DNA of 41,500 nucleotides, from UHGV virus genome UHGV-0377100; one strand, given 5' to 3'. The DNA comes from a virus. A program made the position numbers and the translations under genes. Below are positions 17,044 to 26,769 of the stretch, one piece after another. A model generated the notes under the pieces. The model worked only from the letters and a program-made list of their open reading frames with translations, was not told the DNA's origin and made no database searches. The first letter of the stretch is position 1; each line of letters opens with the position of its first letter.

Positions 17044-17394
17044 ATGCAAATCGAAATTAAAGGGAAAAAATATAACTGTATTTTTGGAGTCAAGTTTATT
17101 CGTGAATTGGATAAGCAGCATGGGGTAGTTCGTAATGATGTGAATCTTGGTATGGGACTAACAACATTATTACCGCAGCTAGTAAGTGGAAATATCGTTG
17201 TTCTATCTGATGTACTTTACACAGCTACCATTACGGAAAAAAGTAGACCTTCTAAGGATGAAGTAGATGAGTTTGTTGAAACTGTTGATGATATTGAGGC
17301 GTTATTTGATGAAACGTTGAAAAACTTAGAAGAAAGCAATGCGGGAAAGTTAACGGTCAGAAATTTCAAGAAAGCTCTGATGGAGAACAAGTAA
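17044..17394 (+). CDS. Tail assembly chaperone G.
   Basis: 116 aa acidic protein directly upstream of the tape measure gene. Confidence 0.65.
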   Translation: MQIEIKGKKYNCIFGVKFIRELDKQHGVVRNDVNLGMGLTTLLPQLVSGNIVVLSDVLYTATITEKSRPSKDEVDEFVETVDDIEALFDETLKNLEESNAGKLTVRNFKKALMENK

Positions 17395-17744
17395 GAGAGG
17401 AGCTAACCTCAGCTGAAGCTTATGAAAATATTCTTATTAATTGTTTTCGTTACCTAGAAATTACTGATTTATCAAAAATCGAACGAATGACTTTGTATGA
17501 ATATGAAGTTAGGCTATTGTCGTTTCAGTTAAAAAGACTTGACCATGAAAGAGACCTCTATCTTCAATCTTGGCTAAATAACCAAATTAAGGCGACTAAA
17601 GGTAAAAAATCTGAACCTTATTATAAGGAATTCAATAAGTTTTTCAATTATGAAGAACGAGAGAAGCTTATTTTGGGTAAATCATTAATTGATGAAAAAG
17701 TTGATATAGGAGCAATAGATTTATTAAGAAAAGCAAATAAGTAG
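17044..17744 (+). CDS. Tail assembly chaperone GT fusion produced by -1 programmed frameshift at G GGA AAG (17343-17349).
   Basis: The -1 frame is open from 17343 to 17744 and contains the annotated 17487..17744 ORF. The canonical XXXYYYZ heptamer sits 45 nt before the G stop. Confidence 0.6.
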
Positions 17745-17759
17745 GAAAGGAGGAAAATA

Positions 17760-20700
17760 ATGGAATCATATTCAGTCGAAGCAATACTTACTGCCACTGA
17801 TAGAACGTTTAGTAGCACGATGAGTAGCGCTGAACGTTCTATGGCTGGTGTAAACAAGCAATCTGGTGAGCTAGGGGATGGATTGGATAAAAGCACCACT
17901 AAAGGGAATCAATTAGGCAAGTCAATTCTTAGTATTGGAGCAGGTGTGGGTGCCGTAAAATTAGTGTCTACGGCCGTAAATATGGTTAAGGATTCTGTTG
18001 AAGGAGCTATTAACCGTTTTGATACGTTGAATAAATATCCTGTAGTTATGAAGGCTCTAGGTTACTCAACAGAAGATGTAGATAGATCAATGACTAAGTT
18101 AAGTGATGGAATTGATGGGCTTCCTACATCGTTAGATGAAATCGTATCAAATACGCAACAGTTAGCAATTTCAACTGGTAGCTTGAGTAAAGGAACTGAC
18201 ACAGCTATTGCATTAAATGATGCCTTTCTTGCTTCTGGAGCTTCAACTGCTGATGCAACTCGTGGTATGCAACAATATATTCAAATGCTCGGTAAGGGTG
18301 AAGTTGATATGCAGTCTTGGCGAACATTACAAGAAACAATGCCGATTGCGATGGATAAAGTTGCTAAGTCTTTCAAAGAACAAGGTGTAAACTCAGTTAA
18401 CCAATTATACGATGCCTTAAAAGAAGGAGATATTACATTTAATGAGTTCAATAATCGTTTGATTGAGTTGGACAAAGGCGTAGGTGGTTTTGCGGATTTA
18501 GCCAAGAAAAACTCAAAAGGTATCAAGACCTCATGGGCAAATATTAAAACAGCCACCGTTAAAGGTGTAACTACAGTTATTAAATCATTTGATGAATTAT
18601 CCAAAGCAGTGACAGGAAAAAATATTGCCGAAAATTTGGACTCTTTAAAAAATGTAGTGAATATAACTTTTAAGGCAATTGATGCAGCGATTCAATCAAC
18701 TATTCCATTGATGAAACTATTCGGAAAAGCAATTACGTCAATAGGTACAGCCTTAACACCATTACTACCAACAATTGCCAGTTTTGCTGCTACCTTCACA
18801 GCATTGAAAGTAATTCAGCAAGTGACAGGCTATATAAAGCAATCTGAATTGGCAATCAAAGCTTATACAACCGCAATAAGTTTATACAATGGAATATCAA
18901 AACTGGCTACGTTATCTACTACAGCACTCGGAAGAGCATGGATGTTAAACTTAGCAGCCGATAAAGCCAATTCTGCAGCAATAGCAATAAAAACTGGTCT
19001 TTTAGTGGCGCAAAATACAATCGTTGGTGTTTTGACGGGAACAATTAGTTTAGCTACAGTAGCTACAACTGTTTTTAGTACCGCTATGAAATTGTTATTG
19101 GGCCCTATTGGTTGGGTAATAGCCGCAATAGGAGGACTAGTAGCTGTAGGGGTAAACTTGTGGAAATGGTTAAATAAGGAAACTGAATCAACTAAGGCAG
19201 TTAAAAAAGAGCAAGAAAACCTTATGAAAACCACAGATGACTTGATTAAAAAGAATCAAGAACATGCACAATCCCGAAAAGATGAAGCTATTGAGTTAGA
19301 AAATACTAAAGAAAAATATAATTCAATGATTTCTGAAATGGCAACGCTCGCTGCTAAAGAGAAATTAAGTAACAGCGAGAAAAAACGTATGACAGAAATT
19401 GTTGAAGAGTTAAACGGTAAAATGACTGGTTTAAACTTAGTTTACGATGAACAAAGTAATAAACTTTCTGAAATGCCAGGTAAAATTCAACAACAAATGG
19501 ACGCATATAGCGCATTAGATAAAGCTTCTCAAGCTCAAGAAGATATCAATAAGATGTTGCAGCAAAGAAATGACAATGAAGCAAAATTAATGGAAATCAA
19601 TGCAGCTAGGGAAAAATGGAATCAGACGTTAAAAGAATCTGGCGGGAATACAAAAGAAGCTCGTGAAAATATTGAAAAATTGGGCGAGCAAGAAAAAGTT
19701 TTGATGGGCGTTCAAGAAGATTTGAGAAATGATATTATAAATACTGCTAAAACACATGAATCCGCAATCCAAACAGCTAGTCAAGCTGTAGCAAATGGAG
19801 TTTTAGAGCAGACAGTTTCTTACTATTCATTGAAGGGTAAAACAAAAGAAACAATGGATGCTATGCGGGCTGAATATTCATCGCTTGAAACAAAAGTGGG
19901 TAGCGCCTTTGATGTTATTGAGCAAAAGCAGGCTATTTCAGTTGATCAGATGGCTGCTAACTTACAGAAGAACCAAGAAGCTGTTAGCCAATGGAGCACT
20001 AATATTGCTACGTTAGCACAGCGAGGGGTAGATGAAGGGCTTTTAGAGCAACTAAGGAAAATGGGGCCTGAAGGTGCTGCCCAAGCAGCAGAATTAGTTA
20101 ATTCTTCAGATGAACAATTACAACGCTTAAATGATGTCTATCGTAATACTGGTGAAACTTCCATGAATGCGATGAAAGAAGGCTACCAGTTAGGTAAAAA
20201 TGGTGTTAATGATGAAATAGCAAGCCTCATCCCAACCCAAAAAGATACATTAATGACTCAGATTAAGAGCACCGATTTTAGTAGTGTAGGTAAAAGTGTT
20301 ACTGAAGACTTTAAAGCAGGAATTGAGAATGGTAGAAATGCAGTAGCAGAAATGACCAAAGGAATTGTTCCACAAATGGGAACCGATATGAAAGGTGAAG
20401 TTGAAAAGGCTAATTTCCCTGATATAGGTAAAGCTATCCCTCAAGGTCTAGAGAAAGGTATTGGAGCTAACAAACAATTACCTGTAAAAACATCTAATCA
20501 AATGATTGATGATGTTGTTTCTGGTGCCAGAAAAGGTTTAGATTCTCACTCTCCTTCTCGTGTATTTCACTCAATTGGTGAAGATGTTGATTCTGGATTA
20601 TCAAACGGTATCGAACAAAACGCAATGAATCCAGTAAGAGCTGTTGAGTCTATTGTTGATAAAATAATTTTTGCAATGGATAAATTGCCATCAGAAATGA

Positions 20701-21167
20701 ATTCTATCGGAGCAAATGCAATTGATGGATTGACTAATGGTATTAACGCCAATGCTAATAGTGCTTTAGCTGCAGCAAGAGGTGTGGCAGATCAAATTGT
20801 AAGTACAATGAAAAGCGCTATGGATATTCATTCTCCATCACGTGTAATGCGTGACGAAGTAGGTAAAATGATTCCAGCAGGAGTAGCGGTTGGTATTGAT
20901 AAATATTCAAACTTTGTAGAAAAATCTATGCAACGACTAAGTAAAAAAGTAGCCATGCCAGCGCTGGATAATTTAAATTCAAATCTGTCATTTAGTGGCG
21001 GAACACAAAGTTTAGCGTTTTCTGGAGATGTATCTTCAAAATTCACTGTGGAGGTACCTGTTATTTTAGATAGTACAGAGGTTGCAAGGGTTATTGCTAA
21101 ACCAATGAGTAAAGAATTGCAGAATCAACAAGATAAAAAGAATGTTTCTTTAGGAAGGAGGCGCTAA
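17760..21167 (+). CDS. Tape measure protein.
   Basis: 1135 aa with alpha-helical repeats and hydrophobic segments, in the canonical position. Confidence 0.85.
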   Translation: MESYSVEAILTATDRTFSSTMSSAERSMAGVNKQSGELGDGLDKSTTKGNQLGKSILSIGAGVGAVKLVSTAVNMVKDSVEGAINRFDTLNKYPVVMKALGYSTEDVDRSMTKLSDGIDGLPTSLDEIVSNTQQLAISTGSLSKGTDTAIALNDAFLASGASTADATRGMQQYIQMLGKGEVDMQSWRTLQETMPIAMDKVAKSFKEQGVNSVNQLYDALKEGDITFNEFNNRLIELDKGVGGFADLAKKNSKGIKTSWANIKTATVKGVTTVIKSFDELSKAVTGKNIAENLDSLKNVVNITFKAIDAAIQSTIPLMKLFGKAITSIGTALTPLLPTIASFAATFTALKVIQQVTGYIKQSELAIKAYTTAISLYNGISKLATLSTTALGRAWMLNLAADKANSAAIAIKTGLLVAQNTIVGVLTGTISLATVATTVFSTAMKLLLGPIGWVIAAIGGLVAVGVNLWKWLNKETESTKAVKKEQENLMKTTDDLIKKNQEHAQSRKDEAIELENTKEKYNSMISEMATLAAKEKLSNSEKKRMTEIVEELNGKMTGLNLVYDEQSNKLSEMPGKIQQQMDAYSALDKASQAQEDINKMLQQRNDNEAKLMEINAAREKWNQTLKESGGNTKEARENIEKLGEQEKVLMGVQEDLRNDIINTAKTHESAIQTASQAVANGVLEQTVSYYSLKGKTKETMDAMRAEYSSLETKVGSAFDVIEQKQAISVDQMAANLQKNQEAVSQWSTNIATLAQRGVDEGLLEQLRKMGPEGAAQAAELVNSSDEQLQRLNDVYRNTGETSMNAMKEGYQLGKNGVNDEIASLIPTQKDTLMTQIKSTDFSSVGKSVTEDFKAGIENGRNAVAEMTKGIVPQMGTDMKGEVEKANFPDIGKAIPQGLEKGIGANKQLPVKTSNQMIDDVVSGARKGLDSHSPSRVFHSIGEDVDSGLSNGIEQNAMNPVRAVESIVDKIIFAMDKLPSEMNSIGANAIDGLTNGINANANSALAAARGVADQIVSTMKSAMDIHSPSRVMRDEVGKMIPAGVAVGIDKYSNFVEKSMQRLSKKVAMPALDNLNSNLSFSGGTQSLAFSGDVSSKFTVEVPVILDSTEVARVIAKPMSKELQNQQDKKNVSLGRRR

Positions 21168-22097
21168 ATGTTATACAACTTTATTGATGTAAATGAACAA
21201 CAAACAAAAGCCTCTTTGCCTTCGGAAGCCATGAATTTTAATGGTTCCTTTTTAGAAGATTTAGTTCCAGGTTATAGAACATTATCTGTTGTTGGAAGAG
21301 AGTTAGCTCCTACTGAGATACAAAGCTACCAGTTGGGAATTCGTGATGGAATGCGACATGTTTATGCTCGTATTCCGGAAAGAGAATTAACAGTTAAATT
21401 CAAAGTTGAGGCTAACTCTAACGAAGCGTTTAGGGATTCTTTTAACAGACTAAACGTTGCTTTGTTTACAGAAAAAGATGTACAGATTTGGTTTAATGAT
21501 GAACCAGAAATGCTTTGGTCGGGTAGTAAATCAGACGTTGATGCAGTTCCTGAGGGATTGAATCGAGTCGTTGGTACATTTACAATTTTGTTGAACAATC
21601 CATATAAATATACTCGAAGCGATGCTACTAGTGTTATGTGGGGTTCAACAGAAATAACGTTTCAGGCTAACTATCTTATGGGTAATACTGGATCAGGGGC
21701 TGTTGACTTACCTATTGTTATTGAAGGTGGGGCGTATTGGGGTTCAACCATGATTACTTTTCAAAACCGTTCCTATCTAATGGGAGATAATGGTCAAGAA
21801 GTGAAGCCGATTGAAATATATCCAACTGTCGAAGGGTTAAAAGTAAAACCGATTATTACTATAAAAGGTACTGGTAGAGGCGTGTGGATAAAAACTAGAA
21901 GTGATACTATTGATATTGGTGATTTTGATAAATCAGAAATAGTGATTGATACAGAACAGTTTAATATTACGAAAAACGGGAAGCCAATGATTCGTCCTAT
22001 GAACGATTTTTATATTTATCCAAATGAGCCACTATACATCCAAGCGAAAGATAGTACTTTTAATCTAACTATTCGATATCCAAATCGTTTCTTATAG
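21168..22097 (+). CDS. Distal tail protein (Dit).
   Basis: 309 aa directly after the tape measure gene. Confidence 0.65.
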   Translation: MLYNFIDVNEQQTKASLPSEAMNFNGSFLEDLVPGYRTLSVVGRELAPTEIQSYQLGIRDGMRHVYARIPERELTVKFKVEANSNEAFRDSFNRLNVALFTEKDVQIWFNDEPEMLWSGSKSDVDAVPEGLNRVVGTFTILLNNPYKYTRSDATSVMWGSTEITFQANYLMGNTGSGAVDLPIVIEGGAYWGSTMITFQNRSYLMGDNGQEVKPIEIYPTVEGLKVKPIITIKGTGRGVWIKTRSDTIDIGDFDKSEIVIDTEQFNITKNGKPMIRPMNDFYIYPNEPLYIQAKDSTFNLTIRYPNRFL

Positions 22098-22113
22098 GAG
22101 GTGTTGCTAAAAT

Positions 22114-24132
22114 ATGTTGATGGCAATGGATTTAAAAAGAGAATATACGGCAGTTTTAGATAACGCTTATAATGTTGGATATGAAAAAATTGAAAACCAA
22201 ATAGGGAATCTAGAATTTTCAATGCCGTTGGATGATCCTAAAAATGAATTTTTGCAAGAAATGTTATGGGTTGAACTAACAGATAATGAAAATGAATATA
22301 TAGGATTATACCGTGTTATGCCTTCAACGGTTCGCAAAGATGCTAGTAACAATTCAATCACGTATACGGCAAATGAAGCTCTGTGTACTTTGCTAGACAC
22401 AGTTCTTTTTGGTTATCATGAACTAGTGAATCGAAAAACGGTTGATGTTATTAACTATCTTTTGAATAAACAAAGGTCAAAACACTGGGTTTTAAAAAAA
22501 TGTGAATTCACTCGGTATTTTAGTTATGCATGGGAAAATGAAAATGGTCTCGCTGATGCCTTGTTTAGTATTCCTCAAGCATTTGATGAAGACTACATGT
22601 GGCAATGGAATACCAAAGTTTATCCATTCGAATTATCTTTAGTGAAGCCACCAAAAGAACCTGTTGCTCGTATTCAAGAAGGATATAACATGCAAGGTTT
22701 TGAGATTGAAAGAGATCCTAACAATTTAGTTAATCGAGTTTATCCTTTAGGTGCTGGTGAAGGCGTCAATCAGATAAATATAAAATCAGTGAATAAAAAT
22801 GTCCCTTATGTAGAAGATTCACAGTCGATAAAAGATCACGGTTTAGTTGAATATGTTTGGGTGGACCAACGATTCACAGTTCCGCAAGCTTTAAAAGACA
22901 ATGCAATCAACATGTTAAAAAAATGGGCACAGCCTAAAATTTCTTGGGATGTGACTGCGGCTGATTTATTGAAATTAACAGATGAACCTTTAAGCATTGA
23001 TAAGTTAAGACAAGGAACTGTGATTATGATTAACACAGATGACTTTGGAAGTATAAATTTACGTATTAAAAAAGAGACAAAACAGGATGTATTCGGTGCC
23101 CCACAAGATATTCAGCTAGAGCTTGGTAATTTATCTGACGATTTTACTACGACAATGTCTGATTTGAAACGTAAACAGGAAATAAATGAGACATACTCGC
23201 AAGGTGCAACGAATATTTTGAACTATAGTTATCAAGATAACTGCGAAAAGGCCTACCCAGCAGAAATTGAATTCTTCTTAGATGATGATGTATTTCATGT
23301 AAATACTGTAGAACTGACTTTTAAAACTAAGCGCTATCGTGGCTACACAAAAGCCGTAAAAGGAGGCGGAGCTACGGTTAAAAGTACTTCAGCTGGTGGA
23401 GCTTCAACACAAACGAGTTCAGCTGGTGGCGGAAGTGTCGTTTCAAGTTCAGCTGGAGGAGGCTATTCTAGTGGATCCACCACAGGTGGAGGAGGAGGTA
23501 GCATTCAATCCAGTTCTGTAAATGGTCAAAGCTCACAAACAAGTTCAGCAGGTGGAGATCATAATCACCTGGTTGCAACTAATAATGGTAGCACTGAATC
23601 AAGTGCATTTTATCGAGAAATGGATGCGGGGTCAGGTATGAGATTTAGACTAATGTCGACTGCATCAACAGATTGGTACACAAAGACGAGCTCAGGTAAT
23701 CATACTCATAATGTGACTACACCGGCACATTCCCACACAGTGAATACACCTAACCATAGTCACAATTTTAATATTTCTATACCAAACCATACTCACAGCA
23801 TATCAGTTCCTAGCCATAGCCACCAAGTAAGAATACCGGCACATACACACCAAATTACTTTACCTGATCATAGCCATCCATTAGAATGGGGAATTTATGA
23901 GGCACCAAGTAGCGCAACTAGTGTTGATATAGTTGTAGATGGTACCACCATTCCAGTACACGATACTAGCCAACAAAGACTAAACATTGTTAATTACCTT
24001 AGGAAAACTAGTGGCGGTAAAATCTCTAGAGGTAATCATACAATCAAGATAATACCTAACAAACTTGCACGAATCGAAGCGCAAGTTATTTGTCGTGTTT
24101 TTATACAATCACAATTAGGAGGACAATTTTAA
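22114..24132 (+). CDS. Tail-associated lysin / baseplate hub (Tal, prophage-tail endopeptidase family) with Gly/Ser-rich and HxH repeat regions.
   Basis: 672 aa after Dit. Internal SAGG(G) repeats and eight (P)xHxH repeats. Confidence 0.65.
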   Translation: MLMAMDLKREYTAVLDNAYNVGYEKIENQIGNLEFSMPLDDPKNEFLQEMLWVELTDNENEYIGLYRVMPSTVRKDASNNSITYTANEALCTLLDTVLFGYHELVNRKTVDVINYLLNKQRSKHWVLKKCEFTRYFSYAWENENGLADALFSIPQAFDEDYMWQWNTKVYPFELSLVKPPKEPVARIQEGYNMQGFEIERDPNNLVNRVYPLGAGEGVNQINIKSVNKNVPYVEDSQSIKDHGLVEYVWVDQRFTVPQALKDNAINMLKKWAQPKISWDVTAADLLKLTDEPLSIDKLRQGTVIMINTDDFGSINLRIKKETKQDVFGAPQDIQLELGNLSDDFTTTMSDLKRKQEINETYSQGATNILNYSYQDNCEKAYPAEIEFFLDDDVFHVNTVELTFKTKRYRGYTKAVKGGGATVKSTSAGGASTQTSSAGGGSVVSSSAGGGYSSGSTTGGGGGSIQSSSVNGQSSQTSSAGGDHNHLVATNNGSTESSAFYREMDAGSGMRFRLMSTASTDWYTKTSSGNHTHNVTTPAHSHTVNTPNHSHNFNISIPNHTHSISVPSHSHQVRIPAHTHQITLPDHSHPLEWGIYEAPSSATSVDIVVDGTTIPVHDTSQQRLNIVNYLRKTSGGKISRGNHTIKIIPNKLARIEAQVICRVFIQSQLGGQF

Positions 24133-24306
24133 ATGAGATTAACAGTAAAACTAATTAGCAAACAAGAAGAATTTATAATTAATGATGAATCAGGTAAAAC
24201 GTTAGATGATTATTTTGCAGAACTGATTGATAATAGTTCGCCATTCATCAAGATAGGAAATCGTATTTTACAAAAAGCCACGATTGAATACATTAATGCA
24301 GAATAG
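24133..24306 (+). CDS. Small ORF (57 aa) between Tal and the fibre gene.
   Basis: ATG at 24133. Not in the ORF track because it is under 60 aa. Confidence 0.3.
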   Translation: MRLTVKLISKQEEFIINDESGKTLDDYFAELIDNSSPFIKIGNRILQKATIEYINAE

Positions 24307-24317
24307 GAGTGATGGAT

Positions 24318-26276
24318 ATGGCTATTGAACAAATCAAAGAAACAGATACGCTGAATCAAGGTCGAATTAAAATTAATGCTATCTTGGATCAATCAAACGC
24401 TTCATCTGAAAAAGTAGATGCGTATCAAGAAGAATTAAAAAACGGTGTTGATGATGCAAAGAAAATAGCTGATACCGCTGGTAAAGAGGCAATCAAAGTT
24501 GCTGAAGAAGCAGGGGCTCAAGCAAATGCAACGGCGAATCAAGCGATGGATAATGCTAATACGGCAATTACGATTGCAGGAAATGCAGTTTCAACGGCAA
24601 ATAATAATAAACAAGAATTCGATGCTCTAAGAAATGATTTTGACAAGTTGGTCGGTGAAGCAGGTGATAGTAACCCTGAAATCGTACAAGCTAGAACAGA
24701 TACTCAAGGAGTAACGCAACCGACATTAGCGACTCGATTACTGGTTGATTTTAACGATCGTATGACTAAAGCGGAAGGTGTATCATTACTGTCAGGAACA
24801 ACAAATGTAAAAATTCCTATGGATTTTTCTGGGAAAACGGCAGGTAATACAGCAACTAATGCGCATCAATATTTTACGGATGTAACTGCTAAATCGCTAA
24901 AAAAACCAAAAGATATATGGAATGAAGTTTCTCAAGCAGAATACAATAAATTAGTAAGCCGTGATGATTCTGGAGTAAGTAGTGGTTCAACACAAACTGG
25001 AGTTATCCCACAACAGTTAGGTTCATTCAATGCTTTAGAAGCTGCAAAAAAATTAATTCCTCAAATTTTCGAAGGATTAAATCAAGAAGAAGCGGTATCT
25101 TTATTAAAAGATAGCTTTGTAGCGTTCACTATTAGCGAACGTGCTAAAGCAACTTCGCCAAACAACAAAACAATTAAAGTTTCTACTTACATTGAGTCAA
25201 CAGATTCATGGGCAACTCAAATCCAAGAAAGCGCTGGAGAGTATAAAGATATATCAGCGCAAATAACAGACAAAAATTTCATTACTAGCGAAGGGGTTAT
25301 ATATCTAATTAATTATACAGATCCATCGAATGGAGTAACAACAGCTAATTTAGATATAGACTATTCAGCTATTCAATTAGAAATTAGTGTTAATGTCCAA
25401 AACGTTTTAGAAAAAAGTGGGTTTGTTAAATCAAAACAATTAAATGATCATGTAGACGATAAAGAAAATCCACATCAAGTGACAGCTGAGCAAGTGGGAG
25501 CATATAGCAAGACGGATTCTACTGATCTATTTATTAACAAAACTGAAGCAGAAAATGGATTGTTTGTTGCTAAAAAAACAGTTGTTAACTCGCAAGATTG
25601 GGATAAAATTCTAGATGCAGGTATTTACACCGTTTTTGGAGCTTCTGGAGCAAACAGACCTTATTCGGGTGCAGCTTATGGTGCTTTAGTTGTTTATGCT
25701 GATAATACATTTGTAAGTCAAACGTATATGTATAAAGGTGCAACATACACCCGTAGTCGTCAAGGTAGTCCAGCGGCTTGGACACCATGGAATAAAATGC
25801 TTGTGGAAAAAGAACAACCTTTTGAAGCTTGGTATTTGCCTGGCACTAATCATGCTGGATTCAAAAATAAAGCGAGGTACAGTTTGGGGCCGGAATTTAG
25901 CAACGTAGGTAATCGACTTGGATTATCTATGAAAAGCAATCCCTTAGAATGGAATAGTGGTCGATGGCAAGCAAAAGTGCTTAGAGACTGCAAGTTAAAT
26001 GTAAGTGGAACTGTAAAATATCAAGTTGGCGGTTCGAGAGGTGTTCTATATGCTTATACTCATATAGATAAGGGACTAGATGCTGGGGCAAGTGACTTAG
26101 GTATTGGAGCGGCAGTCGGAGCTGTTGGCGGTTTGAATTATCAAAATGTCGCAGCCTTTGACTTAAACGTTACACTAAAAAAAGGCGAGTATTTTGCGTT
26201 TCGTTTAGAATTAGCAGCAGATAAGCAACTTGACTATACTCAATTATCGTCGATGCGTATTACAGAATTAGTATAG
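24318..26276 (+). CDS. Tail fibre / receptor-binding protein.
   Basis: 655 aa with an Ala/Asn-rich coiled N-terminus and a beta-rich C-terminus. ATG at 24318 sits 8 nt after a GGAG RBS. Confidence 0.6.
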   Translation: MAIEQIKETDTLNQGRIKINAILDQSNASSEKVDAYQEELKNGVDDAKKIADTAGKEAIKVAEEAGAQANATANQAMDNANTAITIAGNAVSTANNNKQEFDALRNDFDKLVGEAGDSNPEIVQARTDTQGVTQPTLATRLLVDFNDRMTKAEGVSLLSGTTNVKIPMDFSGKTAGNTATNAHQYFTDVTAKSLKKPKDIWNEVSQAEYNKLVSRDDSGVSSGSTQTGVIPQQLGSFNALEAAKKLIPQIFEGLNQEEAVSLLKDSFVAFTISERAKATSPNNKTIKVSTYIESTDSWATQIQESAGEYKDISAQITDKNFITSEGVIYLINYTDPSNGVTTANLDIDYSAIQLEISVNVQNVLEKSGFVKSKQLNDHVDDKENPHQVTAEQVGAYSKTDSTDLFINKTEAENGLFVAKKTVVNSQDWDKILDAGIYTVFGASGANRPYSGAAYGALVVYADNTFVSQTYMYKGATYTRSRQGSPAAWTPWNKMLVEKEQPFEAWYLPGTNHAGFKNKARYSLGPEFSNVGNRLGLSMKSNPLEWNSGRWQAKVLRDCKLNVSGTVKYQVGGSRGVLYAYTHIDKGLDAGASDLGIGAAVGAVGGLNYQNVAAFDLNVTLKKGEYFAFRLELAADKQLDYTQLSSMRITELV

Positions 26277-26297
26277 GTATTGAATTTTAAAATGAAG

Positions 26298-26325
26298 CCG
26301 TTTAGCAAAAAGCTAAGCGGTTTTT
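26298..26325 (+). terminator. Rho-independent terminator after the fibre gene.
   Basis: CCGTTTAGC-AAAAA-GCTAAGCGG followed by TTTTT. Confidence 0.6.
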
Positions 26326-26343
26326 ATTATTGGAGGAATTGTT

Positions 26344-26565
26344 TTGTCAAATGAAATTGTAGTTGCTGTAATAGGATTAGTAGGCAGTACATTTGGTGCA
26401 TTTATTGGAGTTGTAGCTAGTGCCAATTTGACAGCTTACAGGATTGAACAGCTAGAAAAGAAAGTAGAAAAACATAATGGGGTAATTGAAAGAACCTTTA
26501 AATTAGAAGGTCGAATGCAAGAAGCGGAACATGACATAATAGAATTGAAAGGAGCAAAAAAATGA
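26344..26565 (+). CDS. Holin-like protein, XhlA-type (one TM plus coiled coil).
   Basis: N-terminal TM (VVAVIGLVGSTFGAFIGVVASA) then a charged coiled region. Confidence 0.55.
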   Translation: MSNEIVVAVIGLVGSTFGAFIGVVASANLTAYRIEQLEKKVEKHNGVIERTFKLEGRMQEAEHDIIELKGAKK

Positions 26566-26765
26566 TATTACCAGACAAGTATTACAAAATCATTAAATGG
26601 GGAGTGCTTACTGTGCTTCCTGCAAGTTCTGTTTTGGTTGCCACACTAGGCAAAGCCTATGGATGGCAGCAAACAGATATGGCTGTTTTAACTATCAATG
26701 CCATTGCAACTTTTTTAGGAGTAGTAACTGGTGTGTCAGCATATAATTTAAAAGACAAGGAGTAA
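26562..26765 (+). CDS. Holin (two TM).
   Basis: 67 aa with two hydrophobic helices. Overlaps the endolysin gene upstream region. Confidence 0.6.
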   Translation: MILPDKYYKIIKWGVLTVLPASSVLVATLGKAYGWQQTDMAVLTINAIATFLGVVTGVSAYNLKDKE

Positions 26766-26769
26766 ACGA

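Noticed and set aside
23380-23560. Possible DNA tandem repeat / CRISPR-like periodicity in the SAGG region
   Set aside because: The repeats are imperfect, in-frame, and encode a Gly/Ser-rich linker within Tal. There is no spacer/repeat architecture. No CRISPR arrays were seen anywhere in the window.
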